From: Chiloscyllium plagiosum
Lineage: Eukaryota
Length of the DNA: 20,642 nucleotides
Reading direction: 5' to 3'
NCBI RefSeq assembly: GCF_004010195.1
Contig: NC_057719.1
Span: 34,215,042-34,235,683 of the forward strand
Shown: in pieces, positions 1-11,269 of the stretch
Numbering within the stretch: position 1 is the first letter of the stretch
Layout: each line of letters opens with the position of its first letter
Made by a program: the position numbers and the translations under genes
Notes under the pieces: model-generated
Seen by the model: only the letters and a program-made list of their open reading frames with translations
Databases searched by the model: none
What the model was told of the DNA's origin: nothing

Positions 1-42
1 ACAGATTGGGAGAATGGACAGGAGTAATGAGGTGGGTGGGGG

Positions 43-185
43 TGAAATAGAATCTTTCTTCGACCAGCACGGATTTGCTTGCAACAACAAAAAAAAAACC
101 TGCAGGAATTAAGAGAAGCTTCCATTCTTTTCTGATCTTTCCCTAACACCAGTCCCCAATCTCCCCCAGCTCGGTCACCCCAAAT
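43..185 (-). repeat. Inverted copy (143 bp) of 1130-1270, an internal part of the putative LTR
   Basis: tgaaatagaatctttcttcgacc...ggtcaccccaaat is the reverse complement of 1130-1270, with 1 substitution and an A10 vs T8 homopolymer difference (manual alignment). Confidence 0.95.
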
Positions 186-367
186 TAACAGGATGTTGCT
201 GTTATCCCTAGACAGGAAGCTTGTATCAAAGTCTCCCCACAGCCACCAAGGTCACGGTGGAGGGTTTGTGGCATCACAGATGCCCTGAAGGATAAGATCT
301 TGGCAGCCGGGGGGCATAACCAGAGGAGACTATTCTTATAGGTTGAAAAAAAAGGCATTTGCTCAGA

Positions 368-756
368 GGGTCTCCAAATGTATTTGCAGATCAGCTGTAG
401 CCAATCTATGCAAAGGTATCGCAGGGGGTGGTTATCTGGGCATTGCTGATTGGTCCCAATGACTTAGGACACTTGTGGCAAACAGCTCACTCAGGATCAG
501 GAGTAGGGCTGAGAACTGGTTTGACTCTGAAGATCTTGCAAATACAGAAGTAGGTGTAATATGGAAGCTGAGCCTAACTTTTAAAACTGAGGCTGGAGGG
601 GAGATCAAACCGAAGGGAAAGCTCCATGAATTTCAGGCCAATAAGCCTCAGAAAGAATGGTATCAGGAAGGAGGTGATGCCAACAAGTATGGATGTAGGA
701 AGTTGGGCTACTGGACTAAGAACTGCCTCAAAAGGGGAAACACCAATTCAGATTAG
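368..756 (+). pseudogene. Decayed gag-like remnant of an ERV/LTR retroelement
   Basis: 368-409 reads GSPNVFADQL*PIY, resembling the retroviral major homology region (E-S-P-x-x-F-x-[DE]-R-L...Y). 685-726 reads KYGCRKLGYWTKNC, with exact Cx2Cx4Hx4C spacing (first Cys lost; His to Tyr is one transition). It lies upstream of a PPT and LTR. Confidence 0.5.
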
Positions 757-921
757 AGGTCCTGCATGAAGGAAACTGATGGTCCTGAATATGTTAAAAG
801 AAGTTTTTTTTCAGAAACAGGAAAAATCTGGATGCTGCAATGTACAGTTCCCACAGCCCCCATATGCTCCCCAACTACCCTGACTCAAGAGCACTGGGAA
901 GAGGTTTCAGAGCAGGTTAGC

Positions 922-1322
922 AGGAAATGGGGAAGTGTCTGAATTAGTATTTTGTTTAGGCCCCAACCCTCCATGGCATGCATGCTTTAATTTTGAAAAT
1001 ACAGACTGAAAGAATACAGAAAAAGGCACAGTACAGGAGCGGGGTGGTTTTTGAGGATAATAACCATGATGGTGGGTGGACTGGTGGTCAACTCCATGTA
1101 AAGTCAGGGAGATATCAGATGAAAGTCAGATTTGGGGTGACAGAGCTGGGGGAGATTGGGGACTGGTGTTAGGGAAAGATCAGAAAAGAATGGAAGCTTC
1201 TCTTAATTCCTGCAGGTTTTTTTTGTTGTTGCAAGCAAATCCGTGCTGGTCGAAGAAAGATTCTATTTCATCAATAAAGTTTTTGTTCATATTTGCTGGC
1301 TGTTCAATTGGAATCCTTGACA
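922..1322 (+). mobile_element. Polypurine tract (922-935) plus putative 3' LTR (936-1322)
   Basis: AGGAAATGGGGAAG is directly followed by TGTCtgaatt (936). The segment ends aatcctTGACA (1322), giving TGTC...GACA termini. AATAAA is at 1273-1278, about 45 nt before the end. Confidence 0.55.
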
Positions 1323-1757
1323 ACTCCTTGGCAATATATCTGCTGTGGTTTGATACTTTCCCTAAATGTATTCCATTATAGCTATTACAGCATTCTATCC
1401 AATCAGTCTTAGATGAAATCTACGCAATCTTCTTGGCATTTATGTAATTTCCTTGGTGTTCAATAAAGTTGTCAAACATTGTGAATTTTAACAGTAGGAC
1501 AGAATCAATTTTTTTTCTTACTTTTCCATGTAGCTGCTAGTGCTCCTTTCTCAACCACAGCATACCTTTTCTCCATTTTTGTCAATGTCCTTGATGCTTT
1601 GTAGACGAGTCTCTATTTTCCACCTTCCTGGATTTGGAATAGTACAGTTTCTAGTCCAGTCAAAGATGCATCTGCTGCAACTATTTATGGTAATTCTGGG
1701 TCACACTGACCTCAGATTTCTAGTGAGATAACTGTTGCCTTAATTTTCTGAAAGGAC

Positions 1758-2335
1758 TTAGAACATAGAAAAATATAACACGGAATGGGCCCTTCGGCCC
1801 TCAATGTGGGGCTGACCTGTGAACTATCCTCAGCTCATCCCCCTACACTATCCCAAAATCATCCATGTGCTTATTCAAGGATTGTTTAAATCTCCCTAAT
1901 GTGGCTGAGTTAATTACATTGACAGGTAGGGCATTCCATACCCTTTCTACTCTCTGGGTAAAGAACCTGTCTCTGACATCTGTCTTAAATCTAATCCTCT
2001 GATCATCTTGTATGTCTCTATCAAATCCCCCGTTAGCCTTCTTCTTTCCAATGAGAACAGACCCAAGTCTCACAGCCTTTCCTCATAAGACCTTCCCTCC
2101 AGACCAGGCAACAGCCTGGTAAATCTCCTCTGCACCTTTTCCAATGCTTCCACATCCTTCCTGCAATGGGGGCGACCAGAACTGTACACAATATTCCAAG
2201 CGTGGCCACACCAGCGTTTTGTATAGTTGCAGCATGGTATTGCGGCTCCGGAATTCAATCCCACTACCAATGAAACCTAACACACTGTATGCCTTCTTAA
2301 CAGCACTATCCACCTGGGTGGCAACTTTTAGGGAC
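1758..2335 (-). mobile_element. CR1-clade LINE (HER1-like) 3' fragment, 5'-truncated
   Basis: Minus-strand frames give AVKKAYSVLGFI, LQLYKTLVWPRLEYCVQFWSP, LEKVQRRFTRLLPGL and FFTQRVERVWNALP (CR1 ORF2 C-terminus). The 3' end has the gccgaagggcc stem and a ttctatgttcta-type tail. Confidence 0.92.
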
Positions 2336-2563
2336 TTCTGCTGACTTTTACTGCAATGCCATACATAATCCTGTCAGGTTGGTTGTCACAGTGATGGTAA
2401 GGCACTTTAAGTCCTAGAAAGAGCAATCGTCATGTCATCGTGGAAAACCTCAAACTCAAAGCAGACAAGCTTCTTGAAAGGTTTCAACTAGCCTCTAAGA
2501 GTGGATTGATCACCAGTCCCCTATTGCACTCCCACTAGAATGAGAAGTGAGCAAACTTAAAGC

Positions 2564-2625
2564 AGTGAACCTGTTTCAGACTTTGAACATTTTAACTTTC
2601 AGCCTAAGCCAATCCCACTTGTTTG
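2564..2625 (+). repeat. 62 bp diverged direct repeat, copy 1
   Basis: 54/62 identical, ungapped, to 3953-4014. Confidence 0.8.
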
Positions 2626-3952
2626 GAAGAATTACATGAATCCTTCATGTCTCTGAGACTATTTTCCATTATTTATGCTATTTTGTCACAGATCAGCAAT
2701 TGGCATGTTGAAAATATAATCTATGCAAACCACAATGGGGTTACGGCAAATCCAGGGGTCTGGCTCTAAATGGATAGCTCTTGCAAAGAGCCATGATGAG
2801 CCAAATGATCTATATTAATACTATACAATTCTATGAATCGAACTATGTTTTGTTTCTGTTCCAGGACATATTTCAATAATTGTAAATGAAAATTTAGGAT
2901 ATTAAGAAACGTTTAAAATGAAGCACAGGAAGAAGTAAAACAATGAATGGTATTTAGTGAGTTTTATGACTAAACAGCATTATCATGAATTACTTTTTCC
3001 AGTTCAATGTCTGCCATGTTTTCCATGAGTGCCACCATTTTGAATTTGCCTGTGGATGCACAAAACTCCATTGAACTCCATTTTGAAATCATGAAATACA
3101 GAACTAAAATAATTTGTATTCTTTGTGCAGTTGAGTATTCTGCACAGACTGAAACTACATTCAGAGAAACAGAGAATTTCTGAATATGTGGACATTCTTT
3201 ATTATTCATTTTTCTATTTGTTTAGTTTTTGTCAGACAATGTAGTGTATTTTTTAATAAATATTTTAAAATCACCAACTTATCAAATCCTCAAGTGTTTA
3301 AATGTAGATTTCAGTCAGAGTTGCCTTAGGGTAAAGCATGGTTTCGGTGTAACATAGAACTGGAATACAACAAGACTTTTTAAAATGTATTCTGCCAATG
3401 ATCCAATTATAAAATGATGATTTATGATTAAAGTAGTCTCCACCTGTCTTAGTTACAACCTCAGTGCTGTGGACCATGCAGCAGTTTTGGCAAAAGGTAA
3501 CAACATGGAACTATGCAGCAATCACACAACCCTCATGCCCTTCTGCAACTCTGATCATGCAGTGGCCTTAATCTTGTTGATAGTGGGTGTTGAATGTTGG
3601 TCGTAGTGATCAGATCTTCTTGTGCCAGGTGACACAAAAACTGTTATTGTAGAGTAATGAGTGAAATGGTTTCTCTTTATGTCCTATTCCTTGTTTCACT
3701 GCAACAGGTTTTGGATACACTTGCCAATTCAATTACAGTTTAACTGCTTTTGTGCTATGCCAGTAAACAACACACAAACAATCTTTCTTGAGCATTTTGA
3801 AAATAAAATGGCATTTATTGTACTTATTTATTGCTCTTGTTGATGTTAACAAATTTGACAAGCTGAAAATTATTTTCTACCTGCTATTGTAGTGGTGAGT
3901 CTTGGAATAGATTTTGAATTCTATTTTAGTTAAAAGTGTTTGCTGGAATCAA

Positions 3953-4014
3953 AGTGAACTTATTTCAGATTTTGAACTTTTTAGCTTTCAGCACAAGCCA
4001 ATCCTACTTGTTTG
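3953..4014 (+). repeat. 62 bp diverged direct repeat, copy 2, abutting the Penelope element
   Basis: 54/62 identical, ungapped, to 2564-2625. Confidence 0.8.
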
Positions 4015-6245
4015 AAGGAGGTGGGGGAAGGTCGCTGATAATGTGATACGTAGATGAAGGTGAGGGAGAAAGTTGGAGAGGAGGTGGAGTGGATAGATGG
4101 GAAAGGTGATGTACAGGTGAGAAGGGCGATGTCGAAATGGGGGCTTGGGACTGGGATAATGTGGGGAAGGGGAAACGAGGAAACTGCTGAAATCCACATT
4201 GAGACCCTGTGGTTGCAGGGTCCCAAGGTGGAATATGAGGCGTTCTTCCTCTAGGCATCAGGTGGTAAGGTTTTGGTGATGGAGGACCAATGTCCTTGAT
4301 GAAGTGGGAGCGGGTGTTGAAGTGTTCAGCCACGGGGCAGTGGGGTTAGTTGGTGCGGGTGCCCCAGAGGTAGGCAAATAGGTGTCCTGTCTCCCTGATG
4401 TAGAGGATACAGTAGATGACATAGGTGGAGATACAGGTAAATTTCCATCGGATGTGGAAGGATTAAGATTAGATTCCCTACAGTGTGGAAACAGGCCCTT
4501 CGGTCCAACCAGTCCACACCGACCCTCCGAAGAGTAACCCACTCAGACCCATTTCCCTCTGAGCAATGCACCTAACACTATGGGCAATTTAGCATGGCCA
4601 ATTCACCTAGCCTGCACATCTTTGGACTGTGGGAGGAAACCGAAGCACCCAGAGGAAACCCACGCAGACACGGGGAGAATGTGCAAACTCCACACAGACA
4701 GTCCACACAGACAGAGGCTAGAATCGAACCTGGGACCCTGATGCTGTGAGGCAGCAGTACTAACCACTGAGCCACCATGCCACCCATAAACTCAATTTTT
4801 TTTTTAGATCCTTGGGGAACTTGGACAAAGGTGAGGGGAGTGGTGTGAGCACAGGTTTGGCACTTCCTGCAGTGGCAGCGAAGGTGCCAGGAGTGGGGTG
4901 TGGGCTGATGGGGAGCGTGGACCTGATGAAGGAAGGAATGGTCTCTATGGAATGGTGATAAGGGTGGGCAAGAAAAGATATCTCTGGTGGTGGGGTCTGT
5001 TTGTAGGTGGCAGAAATGGCAGAGGATGATGCAATGTATGCGGAGATTGGTGGGGTGGAAGGTGAAGACCGGGGGGATTCCGTCCTTGTTGCATTGGGAG
5101 GGATGGGGTTCAAGGGCAGTGGTGTTGGAAGTGGAGGAGACACACTGGAGGGCATCATCGACCACATGGCTAGGGAAATTGTGATCTTGGAAGAAGGAGG
5201 CCATCTGGGATTTTCTAAGGTGGAGTCGGTCATCTGGAAACAGATGCTGCAGAGGCAGAGAAATTGGGAATAAGGGATGGCGTTTTTACAGGAGGTAGGG
5301 TGGGAGGAGATGTACTCTAGGTAGCTGTGGGAGTCGGTGGGCTTGTAATAGATGTTGGTGGTTAGTCGGTCACCAAAGGTGGTGATGGAAAGGAAGGGAG
5401 GTGTCTGAGATGGTCCGGGTGAATTTGAGGTTGGGGTGAAGGTGTTGGTGAAGTTGATAAACTGTTCAACCTCCTCATGGGAGCATGATGTAGCGCTGAT
5501 ATAGTCATCGATGTAGTGAAGGAACAGGTGTGGGGGTGGTGCCGGTGTAACTGTGGAAAATGGACTGTTCCATATACCCCACAAACAGGCAGGCATAGCG
5601 GGGTCCCATTCAGGTGCCCATGGCTACCCTTTTGGTTTGGAGGAAGTGGGAGGACTGGAAGGAGAGGTTGTTGAGGTTGAGGATCAATTCAGCCAGGTGG
5701 ATGATGGTGCTGGTGGAAGGGTACTGGTTGGGATGGTGTGAGAGGACAAAATGGAGGGCTTGGAGGCCTTTGTCATGGTGGATGGATGTGTACATAGACT
5801 GGATGTCCATGGTGAAGATGAAGCGTTTGGGGGCCAAGGAAACAAAAATCTTGGAGGAGGTAAAGGGCGTGGGTGGTATCTCAAACATAGGTGGGGAGTT
5901 CCTGGACTAAGGGGGAGAGGACACTGTCAAGGTATGCAAACATGAGTTCAATGGGACAGGAGCAGGCCAAGACAATGGGTCAACCAGGGAAATCAGGTTT
6001 GTGAATCTTTGGTAGCAAGTAGAATTGGGCGGTGCAGGATTCACAGACAATGAGGTTGGAGGCTGTGTATGGGAGATCCCCAGAGGTTGTGGATAGTCTG
6101 GGAGCTGATGATTTGGTGATGGAAGGTGAGGTCCTGGGTGGGGTGCAGTAGGAGGAGGTGTCTGCAAGTTGGCGCCTTGCTTCAGCAGTGTAGAGATCAG
6201 TGCATCAAACTACCACAGAGACCTCCCCCCTTCTCTGCAGGTTTA
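4015..6245 (-). mobile_element. Penelope-like element (RT + GIY-YIG endonuclease), decayed, 5'-truncated, interrupted by an HE1 SINE
   Basis: Minus-strand motifs in order: KPAEKG (DKG-like, ~6244), IFTMDIQSMYTSI, FLQTKRVAMGT, LHYIDDYI, IYYKPTDSHSYLEYISSHP, CRKCQTC, FTCISTYVIYCI-LYIRET (GIY-YIG) and VAEHFN, then a pyrimidine-rich 3' region. Many frameshifts. Confidence 0.92.
4464..4785 (-). mobile_element. HE1-type tRNA-derived SINE nested in the Penelope element
   Basis: Minus strand has A-box tggctcagtgg, B-box ggttcgattc, core gtgtggagtttgcacattctccccgtgtctgcgtgggtttcc, CR1-like 3' end ccgaagggcctgtttccacactgtaggg, and tail aatctaatcttaatc. Confidence 0.93.
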
Positions 6246-6249
6246 TTGT

Positions 6250-6517
6250 CCCATCTCCCATCTTCAGCCTCCATCCTCATTGACCTCATCTTCTTCCTCA
6301 CCTTCCTCTACGTATTGCATTCTCAGCTCCTTCCCCCCAACCCAACCCCCTCTCCCATTTATCCCTCAGCCCCCTGATCCACAAGCCTCATTCCTAATGA
6401 TGGGCTTATGCCTGAAACATTGAATCCTCTGCTTTTCGGACGCTGCCTGACCTGCTGTGCTTTTCCAGCACCACACTCTCGACTCTGATCTCCAGCATCT
6501 GTAGTCCTCATTTTCTC
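6250..6517 (+). mobile_element. Penelope 3' terminus (pLTR), inverted relative to the element body, with a degenerate hammerhead motif
   Basis: 6290-6340 resembles the reverse complement of 4020-4075. 6394-6418 reads CTAATGA-t-GGGC-ttat-GCCT-GAAAC. It ends ...gcttttccagcaccacactctcgactctgatctccagcatctg...ttttctc. Confidence 0.8.
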
Positions 6518-6828
6518 GTAACCAATCTCTCCAGGTTGTGGTGTCTTTATGAGATACTTGGAGTAAGCTCAATGTCTCTCTTCCTGCTCTTGTCTTGCCA
6601 TGCATACCAAGAACTTACAGCTGGAATGATGGATCATGTGTCCTCACTAATATCCAGCAGATTTTGAACATGCTGGATCTGAATCGTCATAGCCATCAAC
6701 AACCCAACTGTAGACGCATTATCGCGGCACTAATAATGTTGAACTCATTCATTCTTCAGTTGAGATTACGAAGTCCCTCTGGAAAGCCTCCCTGCTATTC
6801 CTGTGCCTGTTTGTGCATTTTGACAGCG

Positions 6829-7393
6829 TGATGCTGCTGTCACTTCAACAAGGTTATTTTGTCCTTGGATTTTTCTAACAAAAGTTGAAAAGGCAAAGGT
6901 GCCAAGGGATCTAGGAAGAGCCTAGTTTAACGAGAGCGGGAAGTGACCAGTTTTTCCAGTTCAGGTTTCTTTCTAGTTTAGTTTAGCTATGGCTGTCACA
7001 AGATGCTGGAATCCAGGAAGGGTGCAAGCTTCAGCAAATGATTCCTGACTGAAATCTTTTCCCTCCTGCCTGTAAGAATCTGTGTTTCAATTTACCTTTT
7101 TGCTAAGGGGTGTGTGTATGGAATGTTACTGGATTGGAAGAGTTTCTCAGTTAAGTTGCTGTATCGGGTCAATTCATTTTTCCAAAAGTTAAGTGATTCT
7201 AAATTCCGCTTTCTTTTGTTTGTGTTTCAACCGTAGTGTTTAAATAAATTCTGTTTTACTTAAACCCGAATGGTTTGACCAGCTGCATCACACCTGGGAT
7301 ATCCACTTTACACCTGCCCTTAAAATACGAGACACGTAGGGTCCAGTCTACCTTCTTAAAATAATTTGAGTGGGTCTGGCCTGGTCCATAACA
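6829..7393 (+). mobile_element. Probable solo LTR (5' boundary uncertain)
   Basis: Ends ...ggtctggcctggtccataaCA, with AATAAA at 7243-7248 and no coding capacity. No TSD or matching TGTTAT start found. Confidence 0.45.
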
Positions 7394-7432
7394 AAAGTCA
7401 TTGATGACTGAAGGAATAAAACCATTCTCTAC

Positions 7433-8472
7433 CTATGACTGAACAGGAGTCTGTTCTTCAGGAAGCCTCTGAGTTCCAAGTCCTGGGTTTTTTTCTTCTC
7501 CGATCAGCTGTGGAGATGCGTCGGTGGTGTGCTCACCAGTTTGTGCTCCCAAGTCTAACCTAGATGGAGAACATGGGGAGGTGAAAGTCCCTGAGCTGTC
7601 GGAGGGTGCAGGTGAAAGCTTTGCCACAGTATCCTGTGAGGCCTCCCTGGCTTCCTGCTCAGATGTAAAGATTGAAGCTGAGGGTTTCCGGTCCTGAGCT
7701 CTTTGTGGAGGTCATTCGGAATTTCAAGTCCTCTAGAAGGAAAGAAAGGGCATTATTTATAAAAGATTAATAAAAGCATGTGCAGATTGAGTCAGCATTG
7801 GGAGTAATGTTATTGGCTCATTGAGATTTTCCCATTCCCACACATGCAGTCATGTTCCCCTCCGTCTAATTCAAGTGTTCTCCTGAAATGCAGTGAGTCA
7901 TCTGATTTCTGCCACTCCCCCTTAGATCTCTTGGTTTATTTATGGGTCAGGCTTTCCTGCAATGAGACAAAGGAAGGGATTGAGTAAGATAGAAATGGAT
8001 GGATGAGCAGTTCGTGTTGATGCAGGAGCAGGGGAGGTGTTGAGGTAACCCCAGTGATTTTGGTAAGAAGCACAAAAAGCAGCAAGGGTGAGTGATTTGT
8101 GAGGTGAAAGTGAATGAAAATAATTGAGATGACATGATGAACAAAGAGTGAGAATTGTAGATATGAGATTTGGTGAGAGACATTTGCAATGGCAGAACAA
8201 CAGTGTGTAATGGCCCTGGGAGTGTATGGTAACGATGGATTATGGCACTTACCTTACAGAGCTCACGAGATCGTGGACCTTTTCTCTTGCACTGCTGGAT
8301 GTCTTTTGTGATTCAGACAGAGCCCTGACCCAGGAGCTATCAGTGTTAGGCTGATTCAATCTTGCACCTTGGCATCTGTGGCAATCTGCAAGCAACAAGA
8401 CTGTTACTATCCAGTGTACAATTCAGTCCTCGACCGCAAAGTGGGATCTGAGCTTTCCTTCCTTTGTGCCAT
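7433..8472 (-). pseudogene. Decayed spliced Myb/SANT-like DNA-binding gene, probably from a PIF/Harbinger transposon
   Basis: ATG at 8472 (MAQRK...). 8253-8330 reads, across frameshifts, VRALSESQKTS-QCKRK-VHDLVSSVR and is followed by donor AG|GTAAGT at 8252, matching the Myb/SANT-like QCxKKxxDL helix. A downstream 300 nt S/P/T-rich exon-like segment (7732-7433) has acceptor ctttctttccttctAG and stops in all three frames. Confidence 0.45.
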
Positions 8473-9692
8473 AGAAATCAAGCACAGTCAAGAGGGCCAG
8501 CTCCTGCCTTGCAACATCTGAAATGGTGTGTAATCAGGGTTTAAAATGATGCCAGAGATATGAACGCCTGAAAGCCTGACATTGACAAGATTCGACATGA
8601 AGGGCAACAGCAGCCTGATTGGATAATTCATGAAGCGTAGTGTGGAAGATTGCATGAGAAATGTTGGACCATGATAGACTGGGTTCATAAATCTCACTAA
8701 GCAAACCACTTAAATTGCGAATGGAAACTACTATCCAATATTTCATTTTTGCTTCAATTCTAGGCCTTTTTAATCTGTTCAAAAGTGTTGATTTCTAACC
8801 ACTTGTAAACCAAGTATGATTAGGTTTATATTCCTATAGAAGTGCTTCTGTGAATGGTCAAAACAGATGTGATAGACACACAAGTGAGACAATGAATCAG
8901 GGAAGGTTTTTGTTATGCATGGATGAAAATTCAAAGAATGTAACTGTTTTGTTGTGGGTTGCTTATCGAAAGGAAACAGGACCTTTTTTAAGGTTGTCAT
9001 TTTCTTTATGATGGGTTTGAGACATAAATAGCTCAAATTTTTTATCAATGCCCCGCGTTGCATAAGAAAGTACTGTGAATCCAGGCTTTTGTGGCAAAAT
9101 AATTTACTGTCTTTGTAAACATTGCATTGATCTTCAAGTGATCTGAATTATTCACAAGGAAAGCAAATATGTGGGAGGGCAGGGGAAGTAAAATTAAATT
9201 CAAACACATTTGTTTAACTGGAAGTTATTGATTGTATTCACTTCAGTGAAATCCGATCAGTGCAGTGACGTGCCATTGAAATTCTGAAGGGGAGGTGGAG
9301 GATTGCGTTAAAGGCATTGTCTCATTCGCCCTTGGAACAATTATTCAGAATCAACCTTCATGTAGAATATTAGTAAGTAGTAGAATCTTTCGACAATAGA
9401 CTTAATGTAAAGTCTGGTAGTGATATAATTGGTTTTGTTCAGTAATTTATGCTGGCAATACAGAAATTTATTTCTAATTAATCCCCGTTTTCAGTAACCA
9501 GAAGATAAACATGCCAAATTCAGCAACATACAATTAGCTACCAAATGACATTCATTAAAATTTGCTCCATTTAAATGGGGCACAAAATAAATTTCAGGCC
9601 TATCAATATTCCTTTGCACAGACAATCAAATAAACCATATAAAAATTAAATGATTTTCAGAGCAGATGAACAGTAGGGAAAGGTTAAGTATA

Positions 9693-10189
9693 TAACAGCA
9701 CAGAGGTGGAACGATTGGAGAGGGTCAAGCTCCTAGGAGTGGTCATCCACAACAAGCTTTCTTGGACTCTTCATGTGGATGCACTGCTTACATAGGCCTA
9801 ACAACATCTCTTCTTCTTCAGGCAGCTGAGGAAATTTAGCATGATGGCAAATACCCTTGCCAACTTTTACAGGTGCGCCATCGAAAGCATTCTCTCTGGC
9901 ATGGCAACTGTACCATCCAAGATCGGAGACTGTTACAGAGAGTGGTGAATTCGGCCTGGACAATCAAAAAGGCCAACTTTCCATTTATCAAATCTATCTA
10001 CCAGTCCCATTGAATGGACTCTCAGACTCTTAACATTCGCTTGTACCTGTGTTTTTGTTTTTGCCTCTGTTTACCGACTATTTACTATCTATGCTACCTA
10101 GCTCTGTGATCTGCCTATATTGCTCGCAAGACAAAGCTTTTCACTGTGCCTCAGTACACATGACAATAAATTCAATTCAATTCAATTCA
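9693..10189 (+). mobile_element. Rex1/Babar-clade LINE 3' fragment
   Basis: Translates as TEVERLERVKLLGVVIHNKLSWTLHVDALLT*A*QHLFFFRQLRKFSMMANTLANFYRCAIESILSG, then GNCTIQDRRLLQRVV. Ends with AATAAA and an (ATTCA)n tail. Confidence 0.85.
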
Positions 10190-11269
10190 TTGTCTTTTTG
10201 ACTTTTTTCATGCTTTTACCATTCTTCTAAGCTCAGAAATAATGTGTCTGAGACCAGTATCACTGCAAAGCTCTGCACCTAAGCTGATGGATTTCATTTT
10301 CCTCGAATCAAGAAGACCCAGTGGAAATGTGAAAATGGTGACTGGGATCAAATTCCTGTATTTCTGATGTCATTCACAGGATCTCAGCCAATTGTGCATA
10401 ATGAGCTTTTGCTAAACATTCACTGGAGTGTTGAAACTGTTGCACCCCTGGGAAAATATTGCTTTATTTTCAGCTCTCTAATTATCCTGTTCATTTCACA
10501 AATATTTATTTACACATGATGAAGAGGCTGTGTCCAACTAAGCAAAATACACATCGACTTCGAGAGGCAGATTTTAAACAGTTCTGCTTTCTCAATGGTT
10601 TTTACAGTCAGCCTGCTCTTCAATATCTTACTTCAGTTACATCAGCAGCCCATCCAAATCACCACCTTTGTGAGGAACACAGAGACAGCATTCTTGCAAA
10701 TGGCAGCAGAGTTCTGGCAGAGACTGTGTGTTGGTCCTTTGATCTGTGAACTTTTCTTGCACTCTTCATAGTGAAAGTAGTTTCTACCCAATAGAACTGG
10801 GACCATTGCTTCCAAACAGAAGGTGCTGGAAAATAAAGCAATTGCATGGCTGATTGAGCTAATAGGTTAATTGTTGAAAAAAGTATCTGGGATTTATTAT
10901 GATCACTTGTTTAGTCTGAAATTCCTGAGAAACTATAGGTGAAAGGAAATGAAGCTCAGAGACTCCACCACACCATCAGCTGTTATTGTACTTTAAGGGA
11001 GGTGTAACCTTACTCTGGGTCTAGCTACTGAGCATGTATGATTGGAACGATGTGACATAAGATCACACAGATCCAGAACTTCACCTTGTATAATTCCAAG
11101 TAAGATGACCTCTCACGTTATCCATTTATATACAACAAAGCCTATTGCTGTTCACTCACAAGCGCACAGATCTCAAATTACTACATAGTGACACTATGAC
11201 CCAACCCATGGCACTGAAAGCAAGCAATAAGAGCCTGAAGTGAAGTCCAATAATGAAAAACCATGGGGT

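Noticed and set aside
43..1270. MITE, Ginger or DIRS element defined by 142 bp TIRs
   Set aside because: No TSD, no transposase or tyrosine recombinase traces, and the right repeat lies inside an LTR-like unit.
4578..5596. Longest ORFs (278 aa and 208 aa) as host genes
   Set aside because: They are frameshifted Penelope RT/endonuclease fragments reading into the HE1 SINE.
7433..7732. Functional 300 nt host coding exon
   Set aside because: Splice-like boundaries are present, but all three frames contain stop codons.
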